Positions 52,701-64,000 of a stretch of 64,000 nt of DNA are shown here, in pieces (position 1 is the first letter of the stretch; the number at the start of each line of letters is the position of its first letter). A model generated the notes under the pieces. It did no database searches. It saw only the letters and a list, made by a program, of their open reading frames with translations, and was not told where the DNA came from. The DNA is from Lytechinus pictus (Eukaryota): assembly GCF_037042905.1 (NCBI RefSeq), contig NW_026974140.1, positions 10,540,001 to 10,604,000 on the forward strand, given 5' to 3'. A program made the translations under genes and the position numbers.

Positions 52701-55700
52701 TTGTATTAAATCACTCGACCATCCTTCATACAGCTTTCTTCACTCCTCTCTCTCTCTCTTACTCTCCCTCTCCTTCCACCTCTCTCCTGATTGGTTATAA
52801 TTTTAAGTTGATGCACTAAAGCTTAGATAATAATTTGCATATAGTTTGAATAGTCAATATATATCTTTTGTTTGTATATTTGAATTTTCAGATATACTTT
52901 GTGATATTAATTTGCATTTATATGAATATTGATATGCCATAACTAATTTGCATGGAATGTTACCAAGAATGCAACAAGGCTTTGAGTCCTTAAAAACTGG
53001 GAGTTGGCCAGTAAGTTCTCAACATGATAACTTGTCTGCTGGGCTGCCTCTGTTGAAGAGTACAAGGAATGTGAAATTGTTAGAACCCCATACTACACTT
53101 GCACTAAACTAAGGGTAGATCTGTAAACTTCGACTTCATTCACTGAAAAAGTGACACAGACCTACATGTACACTCAACGTTCTCGCCAGGTTCACTCTGA
53201 CGCTTGGCGGCGCAAAGCGACGCAAGCCGCGCAGCGGCCTCGGTGCATGCGAAGCACGCACGGGGGGGGGGGGGGGGTTCGGGAGCTATCGAAAATATCA
53301 ATATCAACGAGCTTAGATTGCTGCTAAATGCACCACATTTTATGTCTATTTAATGCTTCTCCGGCCACACAGCCGTAACAGTTGCGCGAATTGCGATTGA
53401 AGCAGAAAAGCAATTACTGATAACTTAAAAACGTCAAAGGAAATGGCTTTTGAAGTCAATCTCATTTTATACTTACAGTTTATAGATTATTTACATCGAT
53501 AAATTAACTCCATACTTTCCAATGTTCAGATCGATATCGCTACATCCTTAGAAAGTGTGATTAATTTTGTGAATGCGTGTTGTTTCTTATGTTAATGACC
53601 GACTGCATCTACGGACCGCATGCGTAGCCCTTTGAGCTTGCGCTGCGTCACGCCCTTACTAAATCCAAAGATTGTTCCGACTTTATACCTCGGTCACATT
53701 TGTTCTATGGCGGCCGTACGGCGAGTCGAAAACAGCCGTTTTAACATTTTTTGTACCAGCTGAATATAGGTGGTTTGAATAAAAATGAATAAAACGGCTG
53801 TTTTCGACTCGCCGTAGAGCAAATGTGACCAAGGTATTATTTGGAAGCCTCGGAAGTTTTCTTCTGAGGCTTCCAAATAATGGGCATCGGTATTCATGAG
53901 ACGGGGTCCCCAACTTATATAATTTGCATGGTTTTTTGTTTGGTTTATTCGATACTCACTGAAACTATAACTCTCATAAGACTTCTGTTGATGATGTTTA
54001 TACTAATAATTTCCAATCGAGATTCTTTTATCACTGTCAATTATTGCTGTGTTCAGTTGTATTGTTCGTTACTCACCTATAAAATAATGAATGTGCTGTG
54101 CTCATCACGAGCGTGAGAAATATTTTTAGTCATTCATAATACTCTAATATTACGATTTTGTTGTTCTTAACTGCCATTTAAAATGTTTTGAAAGTATAGG
54201 TTAATTGACAGGAAATAAGATTTCTATTTTTACATAATACATTATGTAGGCCTACAAATACAGCGTGTGTGAAAGAGAGGAAGAGGGGTGGGGTTGTAGG
54301 ATGGTCGAAGGGAGAGAGCGATAGGGGAGGGGTCGTGGCGTGGACAATGACAAGGGGATGTTGAGATTGTGTGTGTGGGATTGGTGAAGAAGTCAATATT
54401 CGAAGCGAATACATTTTTATAGACGTGTCTATACTTCTACCGATGATGACGGCCGAATAATCTTTCTTTACATGTATATTTTGGTGAATTTAAAAAACAT
54501 TTTCTTGCACCATGAGTGGGATGATCGAGGTACGTGATTCAATAAATTGCATCACAATATCACTATAGGTGTAATTTGAAAATCACGAACAGTTTATTAA
54601 AAATGAATAAAAGAGAAAGATCTTCTTAATTTTATAGCCCCCATCCAGCGTAAACACCATGAAGAGTTTTTGAGGTCACGAAATCAGCTGATTCGCACTC
54701 AAACATCAGGTTAACAGGTCACACACGTGGGACACATTCCAAGTGCGGGAATTCGGGGAAACCCGTTTTCAAGCACAATGATTGGCTCAACCCAGAAAGT
54801 GAATACTAATTAGATCACGTGCCATCGGCTTTGGGGCATCTCGTTCACATTCCAACAACTCATTTCATAAATATCATCCACTCGCAGTATAATTAGGCTA
54901 ACGACGTTGTCAAGATATAACTCATATATTAAAAGCACAATTCCGATATAAAACATAAAGACATAAGTGAACTTGAAAAATTCATCCAACGATATTCAAA
55001 TTATACTAGCAACTCATTGTGGGCGTGAAAAATCGATATACATATCCGATATCCTCTAAAACGTTCACACATATCAACTTCAATAATTCGTACTTGAAAC
55101 GAATATCTGTGAATGAATTGCCAATTCCACTTTGTTGAATGTGTACTTCTATCGAAATCTATTGAATAACGTACCCCTCCCGACCCAAGGTGGATTTTCC
55201 AATCGCCATAAAGATTATGCAGCCACAATCACAGTAGACACATCCATAAATGAATATCAATTTCATTCGCTACGAACAATCCCCTCCCCACAAAGTCACA
55301 AACATCCCATCATTTTCATCTACATTGCCCACGGCCACCCCCCATTATTCTCTTTTTTTCCTTTACACATATTAATTTCAAATGATATTTTATTTTAAAT
55401 CGTAGTTAAGCAATTGTACAACAAATTCATAAAGCATTCACTGTGATGACTAAAAACATTTCTCAGGCCCGTGACAGGTGCGCTCATTATTTATTTGGCT
55501 GGCAAAGCGTAATAAAGAACAATACAAATGAAAATACACTGTACGTATAACTCACATTCAAAAATGAGTCGTAATGATAAAAAATGTGAATAATATTAAT
55601 AAAGATTATTAATTATGAAAATTATAACAGATTCAATGAATATATGAAAAAAATCAAATTAAATTAGTTTTGGATCCCATCTAATGTTGGAAGACTATCG

Positions 55701-58700
55701 GAACCCCGGATCAAGGATTTTGATGCCATGTGCGATTTGTATTATGAATGTGACCGTTGCGAGCGCAAGTGCAGTGGCACAGAACTTGGTAGACACGCCG
55801 TCGCGAAATTAACAGTTTCAAAAGATCGATGTAGAGATCAAGACTTTGGAAATAATGAAGTAAAATCGGAATCTAAATGTGAATAAATTATTTTGATGTA
55901 AGTAAATGAGTTGGACATTATATAAATCCATTCCATTGGCTTTGTCATTATTAACGTGATCTTTGAATAGTTTTCTCAATTCGCTCTACGGCAGTGTCAT
56001 CAGAAATGCATTAAATGAATTCATGTAGGTGTAGCTATAAAGGCTGGGGCCTGGGACGAGATGAAACTATATTTTGATTGAATTTTGATAGTAATTTTGA
56101 CACACTTTATTTTTGACAAAACAAGTGACAATATCAACTGAAATTCGTAATAATCTAAATTACATTGCCCAAGCCAGTAACCCATGATACCCCTCTCCCT
56201 TTACTTGTTTTTGAGCGTATTTACTACCATTTTAAAGACGTAAATAATGTGAGCAATGCGAGGTAAACATCTTCACGCTTTTCACAAAAGAGATTGGGCC
56301 TCGAGTCGAGGTCGTATCGTATATAGCGCACTAGTAGTAGTGAGTCAAAGAAATCCCGGGAAGAAATCGTGGAAGAAATAATCGACAAGTTTATTTTAGG
56401 ATCTGAAAAGCAGATTGTTTTTTTAATATATTTTTCAGTTTTTGTGTAGATCTAGGCCTGCTTTACAGTTGTTGGCCACGGTTGTCTGGGAAATTCACGG
56501 TTGGCGGATTTGCCCTGAAAATTTTCAGGGTTGGCAGCGCCCGCCAACCGTGACGCGTGGTAGCGAGAACGTTGTGCACTCTGTGATGATGCACTTAAGT
56601 TGACAGAACAGAAATGATGGCAAGCATATGCAATTCTTTTCTTTTAATTTAAAAGCAGAAATTTTATGTAAATTTTGAATTGTAATACTTAACAAGTGGA
56701 ACGTGTCTGGCAGTCTCGCCTGCATTATGCATTCGATATAGCAGCAGTGCTGCCTTTAAAATAGCTAATGAATAATTATTCATCTATAGAAGAAAATACT
56801 AATGTAAATAAAATATTATGTCCATTGACCCAAAATGACCTTTGACCATGATCATGTGACCTAAGACACCTAAGACATGTGCAAAACAAGCATTCATACT
56901 TGATTACCCTTATGTCAATGTTTCATGAGCTAGATTCATAAACTTATAAAGTTATGATGACAAATCCAAAAATACCCCAACATTACCAAAGTTTGTTGAC
57001 TCTAAATTACCTTTGTGACCTTAATCATGTGACCTGAAACTCAGGCAGAATCTTCAGTCATACACTATTACCCTTATGTCTAAGTTTTATGAACTAGGTC
57101 CATATACTTTCGAAGTTATGATGACATTTGAAAAACTTAACCTTGGTTAAGATTTCAATGTTGACGACGCCACCGCCGCCGTCGCAAAAGCGGCGCCTAT
57201 AGTCTCGCTTTGCTATGCAGGCGAGACAAAAATTACATTTTTATTTTCATCTAACATTTGATAAAAGCAAAAAAAAAATCTAGAATGAGATCTAAGGATA
57301 GTTTCAAAATACTTAATTTGATTTTTTTTTTAAATGGCACACAGACACACACTATTAGGCTGAATAACCACTCACACTAATAAAAAAATGAACTGTGGCA
57401 TGGGATTATCAAATAGTCACAAAACAGAAGTAATCTGTGGCAACTACAGTGCGTCCCAAAAAAAACTATACACTTTTGAAATGGCTGCCAAATAAAAAGT
57501 ATATCACTTTGGGGGGAAAGACTTATACATATGGAAAGCCGATAAAGTCATCTTTCAAATGACACCAAAATGTTGGAAAACTATTCATGCTTGAGTGAGC
57601 ACTACCCGCTTAAACAAAGGGTATGAAAATTAGGGTGGGCAGGAATTAGCCTTTCGGTTTCTTTCAGTTTTTGAGAGGCGAGTCCCTTGGAACTTGCAAA
57701 CTTGAGGGTGTTCTGATGAATTGATGGTCATTCATTATCAATTTAAATTGTTAGAGCAAATTTCATGAATTATCAAATTGAAATTCCATGCATGAGTGAG
57801 CATGAATTGCAATCTTTAGTGAAGCATTTTAACTTACAATGTGGGTCTCAGCAGTGTGTTCATTGGAGTCAGGAGAATAGGGGTAAGAAATGACTTCAGT
57901 GTGTGAAGTAAGCTGATGGGAAAAGGGTCAACAGAACGTTTAGCCTCCCTCCTACAGGTCCGTCCCTCCCCCCTCCTGTTGAGATTGAGACTGATTGCTA
58001 TTACATGTACGCATTAAGTGCAAAGCGGACTGTCAATTTGATAATAAATTCTGAAAATTAGATCATCAACTTTTATCTATCAATCATTCAATCAACAATC
58101 TGTTAGTAAATAAACTCAATCAATGTCATCAATCAAATATTCACCTTTTTCAATAAATTATCAATCAAACATTCAGCTTTTTCAATAAATGATTTCATAA
58201 ATTATCACAATTAGTCAAGTTCTTAATAAATCATTCAATGGAAAAGAAAGACCCATCAACCATCAGTCACTTGGCATTTTAAGTTTTAAATACCAACCAA
58301 GAGAAAGAAAGGGGTGGAGGGCGGGGGTGAGTACATGACATGTAATTTGTAAGAGAACACAAAGAAGAATGCCCCTTTAACCCAGTCTTACCCTATCTCA
58401 TCCCCTTGCATGTAACAGGTACCATCACATTACTCTGACTCTCACAAGCACACTTGCTAAGATCCACATAATAAACGAAAAATGCTACACTAAAATTACA
58501 ATTCCTGTTTACTCATGCATTACATTTCAATTTAGTAACTCGTGAAATTTGCTTAAAGAAACCAAAACGGATCTCCATTTATCAGTAATTTAGCATAACA
58601 CCCTTAACTTTGCAAGTTCCAAAGGACTCACCTAAAAAAAAATGGAATTAAGGCTAATTCCTGCTCACCCTAGCAAAGGCTAGTCTCTCAGGAGGGGTGA

Positions 58701-61700
58701 AAGGGGTAGAGAGAGAGGGGGGGGGGGGTTAAGTGTTCTGTTGACCCATATCCCGTCAACCTACTTCCCCCACCTAAGTCCTATCCCTATTCTGACTTCC
58801 ATGAACACATTGCTGAGATCCACTTAAAAAGTGAAAAATTGTATTTCATGTTCACTCATACATTAAATTTCAATTTAATAATTCTTAAAATTTGCTCTAA
58901 AAACCTAAATTGATAATGCTTGATCATTGATTTATCAAAACATCCTCAACTTTGCAAGTTCCAAGGGACTCGCATCTCAAAAACTGAAAGAAATTGGAAG
59001 GCTAATTCCTGCCCACCCTAATTTTCATACCCTTTGTTTTAGTGGGCAGTGCTCGCTCAAGCATGAAAAGTTTTCCAACTTGTTGGTGTCTTTTTAAAGT
59101 TGACTTTATAGGCTTCCATGTATGTAAGTGTTTTTCTCCAAAGTGATATATTTTTTATTTGGCAGCCATTTCAAAAGTGTATAGTTCTTTTTGGGACGCA
59201 CTGTATAGCTTTGAATTATGCAATATAATTCTTAAGTATAATAATATTCTTAAAAGTATTCAATTCTATTTTTTAATCATAAAAAGATTAAAATATAGCT
59301 CAACACAGCCTGGACAATGGCTTCTGATAAGATTGAACTTTTTCTTCCAGGGTTTCCTATGTCATGTAGTGGCGCTGATTAAATTCAAAACCTTAATTCA
59401 GCCCATCAGCAATTATTTGACTTTATCCAAATTTGTCATATGCGCAATTCTTTGAGTATTTGATCAATGATGAACTATAAAGGATGAATTGATAATGCGC
59501 TGTACCTTCAAACAAGACCTCACAATTTATAATCGCTAATGGCACTACTTACTTATGTATGGAAATATTTTTAATAGCAAAAAAAAAACCATAATATGCT
59601 TTGCCCTTGAACAAAACAAGGAGATCTAGGCCTACAAGCTTTCTTCATGAACAGTGATATGAATACAAATTGTATCCCTTCTATTGGCCAAAATGTCGGT
59701 CTCCTTATCGCTACAGCCCACCTCCACTTGAACTCAAGAGCGGCCAAATAAATGGGGGGGGGGGGACATATATGTAACTTAGTTTGTTATGCAACTCTGT
59801 CTTTTTTCTTCCTTATTTTTTTTGCTTATATTTTCTGTATGGTTGCCAATTGATGCAAAAACTAAGTAAAAATTTCACATTTGGGTGAGTAACTTTCCAA
59901 CTCATTTGCCTGCAATATTGGCGGGTAACCTTCCAAATCATTTGCCTGCAACACACCACAATGTTTCCACTTCTCCCCAAATTCAGAATCAGGAAATTCC
60001 ACAAAGTTTTTTTTTTCCATGAAGGATTTGGGAAATGAAAACATTACAGGAAATAACAAAAAATTACAATTGAATAGATTAGATGTCGCAACTTTCAATA
60101 TTCATGTTATACAGCGCGTCCCAAAAAAATGTCCCTCTGATACGCGGCTGAATTACTTCAAAAAATAAAAATTATTCTCAATGAAATGTATGGAACTAGT
60201 AAGCTCATATCATGTTCTAACTTCTATAAAAATTTCATTGGTCTCACTTCAGTGGTTTTTAATAGTCTATTATGTAACAGTGGTGCTTTTCAGCCCATTC
60301 CAAGTCTGCATGCATGCAACACTGCTGTGTGACAATGATTTGACAATTTTATTTCTTTGACGGCCCCTCCTGGGGGCATAGAAGAAATATAACAACTTAC
60401 AACAATGGCAATAATAGGCATAAGAAAAAAATACCAAGGTAACAAAAACAAAAAAAATAGATTAATAAAAAGAAAGAAAAAAAAAATCAAACATGATGAT
60501 AATAAACATATGTACAATACAAGAGCAGTAATAGAAATAGAAACGGGCACAAATTAACCCACCCACTCCCGACATGCCAGAGAGAATCTGGAGACCGGTA
60601 CCCCACTGAGCATGTGCAGGTACGTGCAATCCAACAAAATCTGAAATCATGCCCTAATACGAGAAAGTAATCAAGACAGCAACTACACTTAAGATATTAA
60701 AATTTTGACATAATGAATTTACAAAATCTTGACAGATTTTTCAAGTCTTTTGTATTTCTCATATTAAACAGCTTGTGCATTTTAATCACGTTTGGTCTGA
60801 CAAAATAATACCCTCTAATTAAAGCTTTCCTTTCACTTTCACAAGCAGGACAATTAAACACATAATGAAACTCGTCACCTGGCTCATGCGAGTCACATAG
60901 AGTACAAGTTTGCAAACCTTGATTAGGCAGGTAACGACCATTAGCAATTGGCAATCTATGATTTCCACAACGATATTTACAGAGTTCAATCCTATCTGCA
61001 AAATCTAATTTCACTAAATAGTTCTCAAACCCAAAATCTTGTTTGAATATCCTATAATTCATGCACAAACGGTTTCTATTAATTTCAGTATTCAATTCCT
61101 GTTTAGCAATATCATCCAATCTGAGACTCACAGTTGACTTAACCCACTTAACGTCCAAGACCATATTCTCAACACTCCACAGATTAGACATCCCACATCT
61201 ATCCAAAATGTCTTTCACTTTTACTATCCATGGTGACTTATAAAGGTCCCTATCATGAAGTTGACGCAAAAGCCTATAAATCATACTTGACAATTTAGAT
61301 TTTCCATTTACACTTTGACGAATCCTTGCCCAAAAATTTATCATACGTTTTTCAATAATATAAAGCAGACTGACTCTTCCCAATTCGCCATATGCCATAC
61401 AATTCGCAGACCCTCGACTAAGTCCAAGGAGGCTTTTTATAAACTTCTTATGAAACATTTCAATACTTTCTAGCATATCAACCCCCTTTGAACATTCTTA
61501 CCAAGAATTTCCCTGCTCTGACCAGGAAAATCTCCATGACCTACCCAGGCTCATCAAATCACAACATTGAGCATGTTCAGAAGGGCAAAAACAATATTTG
61601 ACAGTTCATTTCATGTTTGATAACAGGAGATGCACAATGATTATGACAACTGGTTATGTCTGTTTAATGCTTAATTCATGCCTAATATTCTGCATTTTTT

Positions 61701-63224
61701 GTTTTCATTACTTTTTCCAAGTTAATAAGCTACTGTGGTTAACTTAATTCAATGTAACTTTTTAAAAGAAAAAAAGTAAAAAATTTCTCTAGTAAAGTTC
61801 CTTTTCGCAAAGGGTGATTAACTTGCGGTTTCCCCTTTATTTTTCAGCTTATTTTACTCATCCATCATTCACATTTTCTTTCCAAGTTGGTGCACTGATT
61901 CCCCTTGATCAATCATGAAACAAACTTAATTCTTATGTTTCTTGTCCTTCCGAACATGCCCAAGTTTATGATTTGATGAACCTGGATATGATTAGGGAAA
62001 TGTCCCTGCTCAGATCCTAGATGTAAAACTGGGGGTTAATAATATGCCATAGACAATGCAAAAATGCATCAATGCTGCAAACTTGGAACATTTGGGCTAA
62101 AATGCACCACTGTTAGTGTTAGGTAACAGTGTTTATACAAAACCGCTAAAGCGTGACCAATGCAATTTTCATAGAAGCTAGATCATGAAACGAGCTTTCT
62201 ACTCATGAACATTTATTTGAGAATTGCGGCTCATTGTACTTTTGTAGCAGATCAATGCAGCCGGAAAGGCGTAACGGAAAATATACTAACATTAAAGTTA
62301 TGCTTTGGCAGTAGAGGCGCACGGCCAATATTGGAGACTGTCTCCAATGTGGGAGATTATCTCCAATATCAGAGACTTTTGTAAAGAATTTGGGTATCCA
62401 ATTTCAGAGACAGTCTCCAGTTTTGGAGTCCAATTTCCTTTGTTTACATTTGCTGCAAAAGGATTAACTTGGCGGCAAATAAAAATGTGATAAGCAGATT
62501 CCTCATGAAAAATTACCCCTTTTCACCGTCTACTTTAAAAATTCACCGTCTACTTTTGTTTTGATAAGGATTTTTGTTGTCAATCACACACAAAACAAAT
62601 GGGCTTCTGACCTCAGTGAGACAAAATTTTGGGTGGAAAAAATCATGCTTTTGTTGGTGTTGTTTCTTTTGTCCTTTTGCAAAGCAAGTCTCCAATGTGG
62701 GAGATTGTCTCCCCTATTGGAGAGAGTCTCCCATATTGGCCGTGCGCCTCTAGGCTCTACTGTTTGGAGCGGCTTTCTTTGACTTTGTTCTTTTTCTCAA
62801 TAAGGCAAAAATGCTATGCCTTGCAACAGAAATTTGAGTGTAAAAATGGGGGTCCCCTCCGCGGCACATACCCACTATGCATTATATACTGAGTGCCCCC
62901 CCCCCCCCCCCGTTTTGGATCTGTGGAAACACTTATAGGCCTAGGCCTACACCATTTGCTATGGGTGGGACTGGAGACTCGGTTGAGCTGAAACAGCACG
63001 CAGTGCATACTAATTACTACATACGATTGTGCTCGGTCATTGTCATTGTAAAGCTGTTTTTTTTCCAAAAGACAAATCATCACAAGCCGGATTTCAACAT
63101 CCTCTCAAATTTTAACATCAGATCTGCAAGACTACAAAAATACCTTCAGAGCTCCAGAAAAGGCTTCCACCGAAATCACGTCCATGACCATGTCCATGTC
63201 ACCAGCTGGTATATTTGACTGCAT
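37667..63224 (-). CDS. UFSP2: UFM1-specific protease 2 (UfSP2/ODR-8-like, peptidase family C78), spliced gene of about 629 aa including the tentative first exon
   Basis: Thirteen exons from 52421 to 37667 join in frame at GT-AG boundaries. Motifs include [20 protein letters not shown] (catalytic Cys), [32 protein letters not shown] (Asp-Pro-His box) and GWCGWKG..FW...[11 protein letters not shown]. The first exon is less certain. Confidence 0.92.
38231..38795. mobile_element. Degenerate piggyBac-like MITE
   Basis: cctttgaaccc ... gggttcaaaggg|ttaa. Confidence 0.5.
38827..38951 (-). CDS. UFSP2: UFSP2 exon with DPH box ([11 protein letters not shown]...[10 protein letters not shown])
   Basis: 125 nt with GT-AG boundaries. 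Confidence 0.96.
39821..39923 (-). CDS. UFSP2: UFSP2 exon (ITSKIMF...[11 protein letters not shown])
   Basis: 103 nt with GT-AG boundaries. Confidence 0.95.
40604..40747 (-). CDS. UFSP2: UFSP2 exon ([18 protein letters not shown]...GSRQWIGS...NQLLG)
   Basis: 144 nt with GT-AG boundaries. Confidence 0.95.
40875..41085. repeat. Polypyrimidine (CT-rich) low-complexity tract
   Basis: Almost exclusively C/T; similar tracts at about 23290-23390 and a purine-rich one at 63775-64000. Confidence 0.85.
41405..41538 (-). CDS. UFSP2: UFSP2 exon with catalytic Cys (GWGC-type motif, here [11 protein letters not shown])
   Basis: 134 nt with GT-AG boundaries; [37 protein letters not shown]. Confidence 0.96.
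41616..42165. mobile_element. TTAA-type MITE; an inverted-orientation relative lies at about 16610-17180
   Basis: Starts ttaaaggggaatcaaaccttggtcataa; internal sequence matches the reverse complement of 16987-17180. Confidence 0.6.
42705..43380. mobile_element. piggyBac-like MITE
   Basis: ttaa|ccctaaaagga ... tccttttaggg|ttaa. Confidence 0.75.
43771..43917 (-). CDS. UFSP2: UFSP2 exon ([16 protein letters not shown]...YLMNTH)
   Basis: 147 nt with GT-AG boundaries; LH..F.LP.DRP motif. Confidence 0.92.
44463..44565 (-). CDS. UFSP2: UFSP2 exon ([12 protein letters not shown]...LTVVYPSG)
   Basis: 103 nt with GT-AG boundaries; PE..HF and T..YPSG motifs. Confidence 0.9.
44722..46001. mobile_element. 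hAT-like non-autonomous element with a decayed Zn-finger transposase fragment
   Basis: TIR caggcctgaga / tctcaggcctg, perfect 8-bp TSD atctatat, internal ORF 45179-45382(-) containing [22 protein letters not shown]. Confidence 0.85.
46492..46649 (-). CDS. UFSP2: UFSP2 exon (MNLPLDVVV...QLRAMEICI)
   Basis: 158 nt with GT-AG boundaries; resembles MTLPVDAV...QLTDMEKCI of vertebrate UFSP2. Confidence 0.9.
46715..47510 (-). mobile_element. SINE copy split by the 46836-47441 MITE
   Basis: Tail portion at 46715-46831; the core resumes after 47445 (cctgggttgagtgcagcaca). Confidence 0.6.
46836..47441. mobile_element. TTAA-flanked MITE (Kolobok-like AG termini) inserted in a SINE
   Basis: ttaa|aggtcaagtccaccccagg ... 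cctggggtggacttgtcct|ttaa. Confidence 0.8.
47724..48489. mobile_element. hAT-like MITE
   Basis: TIR (t)agggacagtgattttccg / cggaaaatcactgtccct(a); flanking direct repeat acatatat; subterminal ttccgt repeats. Confidence 0.8.
48630..48717 (-). CDS. UFSP2: UFSP2 exon (VLDVKILF...PVVFYND)
   Basis: 88 nt, cag|GTT ... T|gtaagt; phases bridge the neighbouring exons. Confidence 0.85.
48865..49373. mobile_element. TTAA-flanked MITE; related partial copies at about 37900-38230 and 44000-44140
   Basis: ttaa|agaggaagttcaccctg ... cagggtgaacttccca|ttaa. Confidence 0.75.
49620..49882 (-). CDS. UFSP2: UFSP2 exon (ELPNVF...[11 protein letters not shown])
   Basis: 263 nt with GT-AG boundaries; acidic then Lys-rich stretch as in UFSP2. 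Confidence 0.87.
50030..50300 (-). mobile_element. tRNA-derived SINE copy
   Basis: B-box gggttcgaatccc, A-box gtggctcagtgg, shared core, L2-like tail. Confidence 0.8.
50398..50611 (-). CDS. UFSP2: UFSP2 exon ([12 protein letters not shown]...[19 protein letters not shown])
   Basis: 214 nt with GT-AG boundaries; LIFRIR aligns with the ILFRIR near the vertebrate UFSP2 N-terminus. Confidence 0.87.
51885..51976 (-). CDS. UFSP2: UFSP2 exon (VNVCGLFLP...EIAK)
   Basis: tttcag|GG ... AAG|gtgag; 92 nt; phases consistent. Confidence 0.8.
52271..52421 (-). CDS. UFSP2: UFSP2 exon (QIQSF...INSYLPAG)
   Basis: tttatag|CAA ... GCA G|gtgagt; open 151 nt; phase fits the next exon. Confidence 0.8.
56691..57232. 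mobile_element. Second, shorter copy of the HINE-like element
   Basis: Same ends, aacaagtggaa ... gcggcgcctatagtctc ... gagacaaaaa, with fewer internal units. Confidence 0.7.
57447..59203. mobile_element. Tc1/mariner-like non-autonomous element with long TIRs (about 400 bp)
   Basis: TA|cagtgcgtccc ... gggacgcactg|TA; the arms align over several hundred bp; an extra partial arm copy lies at about 58440-58670. Confidence 0.85.
60346..61478 (-). mobile_element. 5'-truncated non-LTR retrotransposon (LINE): ORF2 C-terminus 60697-61476 plus 3' UTR
   Basis: Uninterrupted 259-aa ORF with post-RT motifs (YGELGR, INFWAR, YRIFK..F..E.YL, NHRLPI..GR) and a CxxC..GDEFH....C Zn knuckle; the 3' end has a short GC hairpin followed by aataaa. 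Clade (RTE-X or CR1-group) not resolved. Confidence 0.88.
62312..62752. mobile_element. MITE with TIR tagaggcgcacggccaatat
   Basis: Inverted ends tagaggcgcacggccaatat / atattggccgtgcgcctcta with ggagac/gtctcc subterminal repeats; no clear TSD. Confidence 0.7.
63144..63224 (-). CDS. UFSP2: Candidate UFSP2 first coding exon ([27 protein letters not shown])
   Basis: Several in-frame ATGs after an upstream TGA, ending AAG|gtattt in phase 0 as required by the exon at 52421. No homology support; implies a 10.7-kb intron. Confidence 0.45.
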
Positions 63225-64000
63225 GCATCATAGACATCTCTACTATATATACTCTAAAGATCTATGGACTGCACTGCAGCATGCACTGCGCATAAGCTAG
63301 CCGATTTTTTCTTTCTTAAACCTCCTTTTTCTTTTTGTGTTTTTCGTCACATGCACATAACAGTACAAAAACGATAATCATAATTGATGATGATAATAAT
63401 ATATTGAACTTATTCTGCGCCAAATTCACTCTGTAGAAATGGGCTTTTCACAAAGAAATGATAAATAAGGGAAATTAAGAATCGAAATTATTTTGCCTTT
63501 AGGTGTTCTTTGTTTGAAGAAGTTTATAGGATGAAATATGAATGGACAAATGATCCCCCCTCCCCGTTTTGGAAACTGGGGTAATGAGAGAATTGGAAGT
63601 GGAGGAACATGAGGACATTGAAGGGGTGAAGCTTTTAATTAATAATAAATAATATCCAAGTCCTTTGGAAGCGCATAGAGACATTATTCATAATTGTGAT
63701 ATGCGCTATACAAGAACTGTTTATTATTATTAAGGAAATTATTGATTATGATGCATGAATTTGAAGTTCAAAGAAGAGGAAAAGGAAAAAAAATACAGGA
63801 GTAAGGAAAGATAAATATGGAGGAAAAAGAGGAGTGATCGAGGGAGAGAAAGATCGAACAAATAAAGGCGAACAACATGGAAAGGGAGGAGTAGGAGTTG
63901 GGAGACAAATTTATGAAGAAAACAAAGAGAGAGAGAGAGAGGAAGAATAAAACAAAAAGCAGAGAAATTAAGAGGAAGAATTCAACAAGAAGTAAAAGCA

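Noticed and set aside
53477-53550. Alternative UFSP2 first coding exon (good gtaagt donor at 53471-53476)
   Set aside because: It has a stop (TAA) in the phase required to join the exon at 52421; it could only be non-coding, and nothing supports that.
60112-60290. Complete Tc1-like MITE starting cagcgcgtcccaaaaaaatg
   Set aside because: Only one end was found; no matching inverted end is visible in the window.

Overview
Eukaryotic (animal) genomic DNA, AT-rich and dense in transposon remnants; the repeat landscape resembles a sea urchin/echinoderm, which is an inference only. Two intron-containing genes lie in tandem on the minus strand. RAB30 has 4 coding exons at 9820-16387 (198 aa, ending TCCKG). 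UFSP2 (UFM1-specific protease) has 13 phase-consistent exons at 37667-52421 plus a tentative first exon at 63144-63224. The rest is MITEs (hAT-, Tc1/mariner-, Harbinger-, piggyBac- and TTAA/Kolobok-like), tRNA-derived SINEs, LINE fragments and tandem repeats. The most striking observation is that both genes are followed by tandem arrays built from their own last codons plus stop codon: a homogeneous array of about 44 x 71 bp behind UFSP2 and a decayed array of about 9 copies behind RAB30. Also notable is a 7.7-kb Harbinger-type element with exon-like cargo, inserted into a ~540-bp palindromic foldback element between the two genes.
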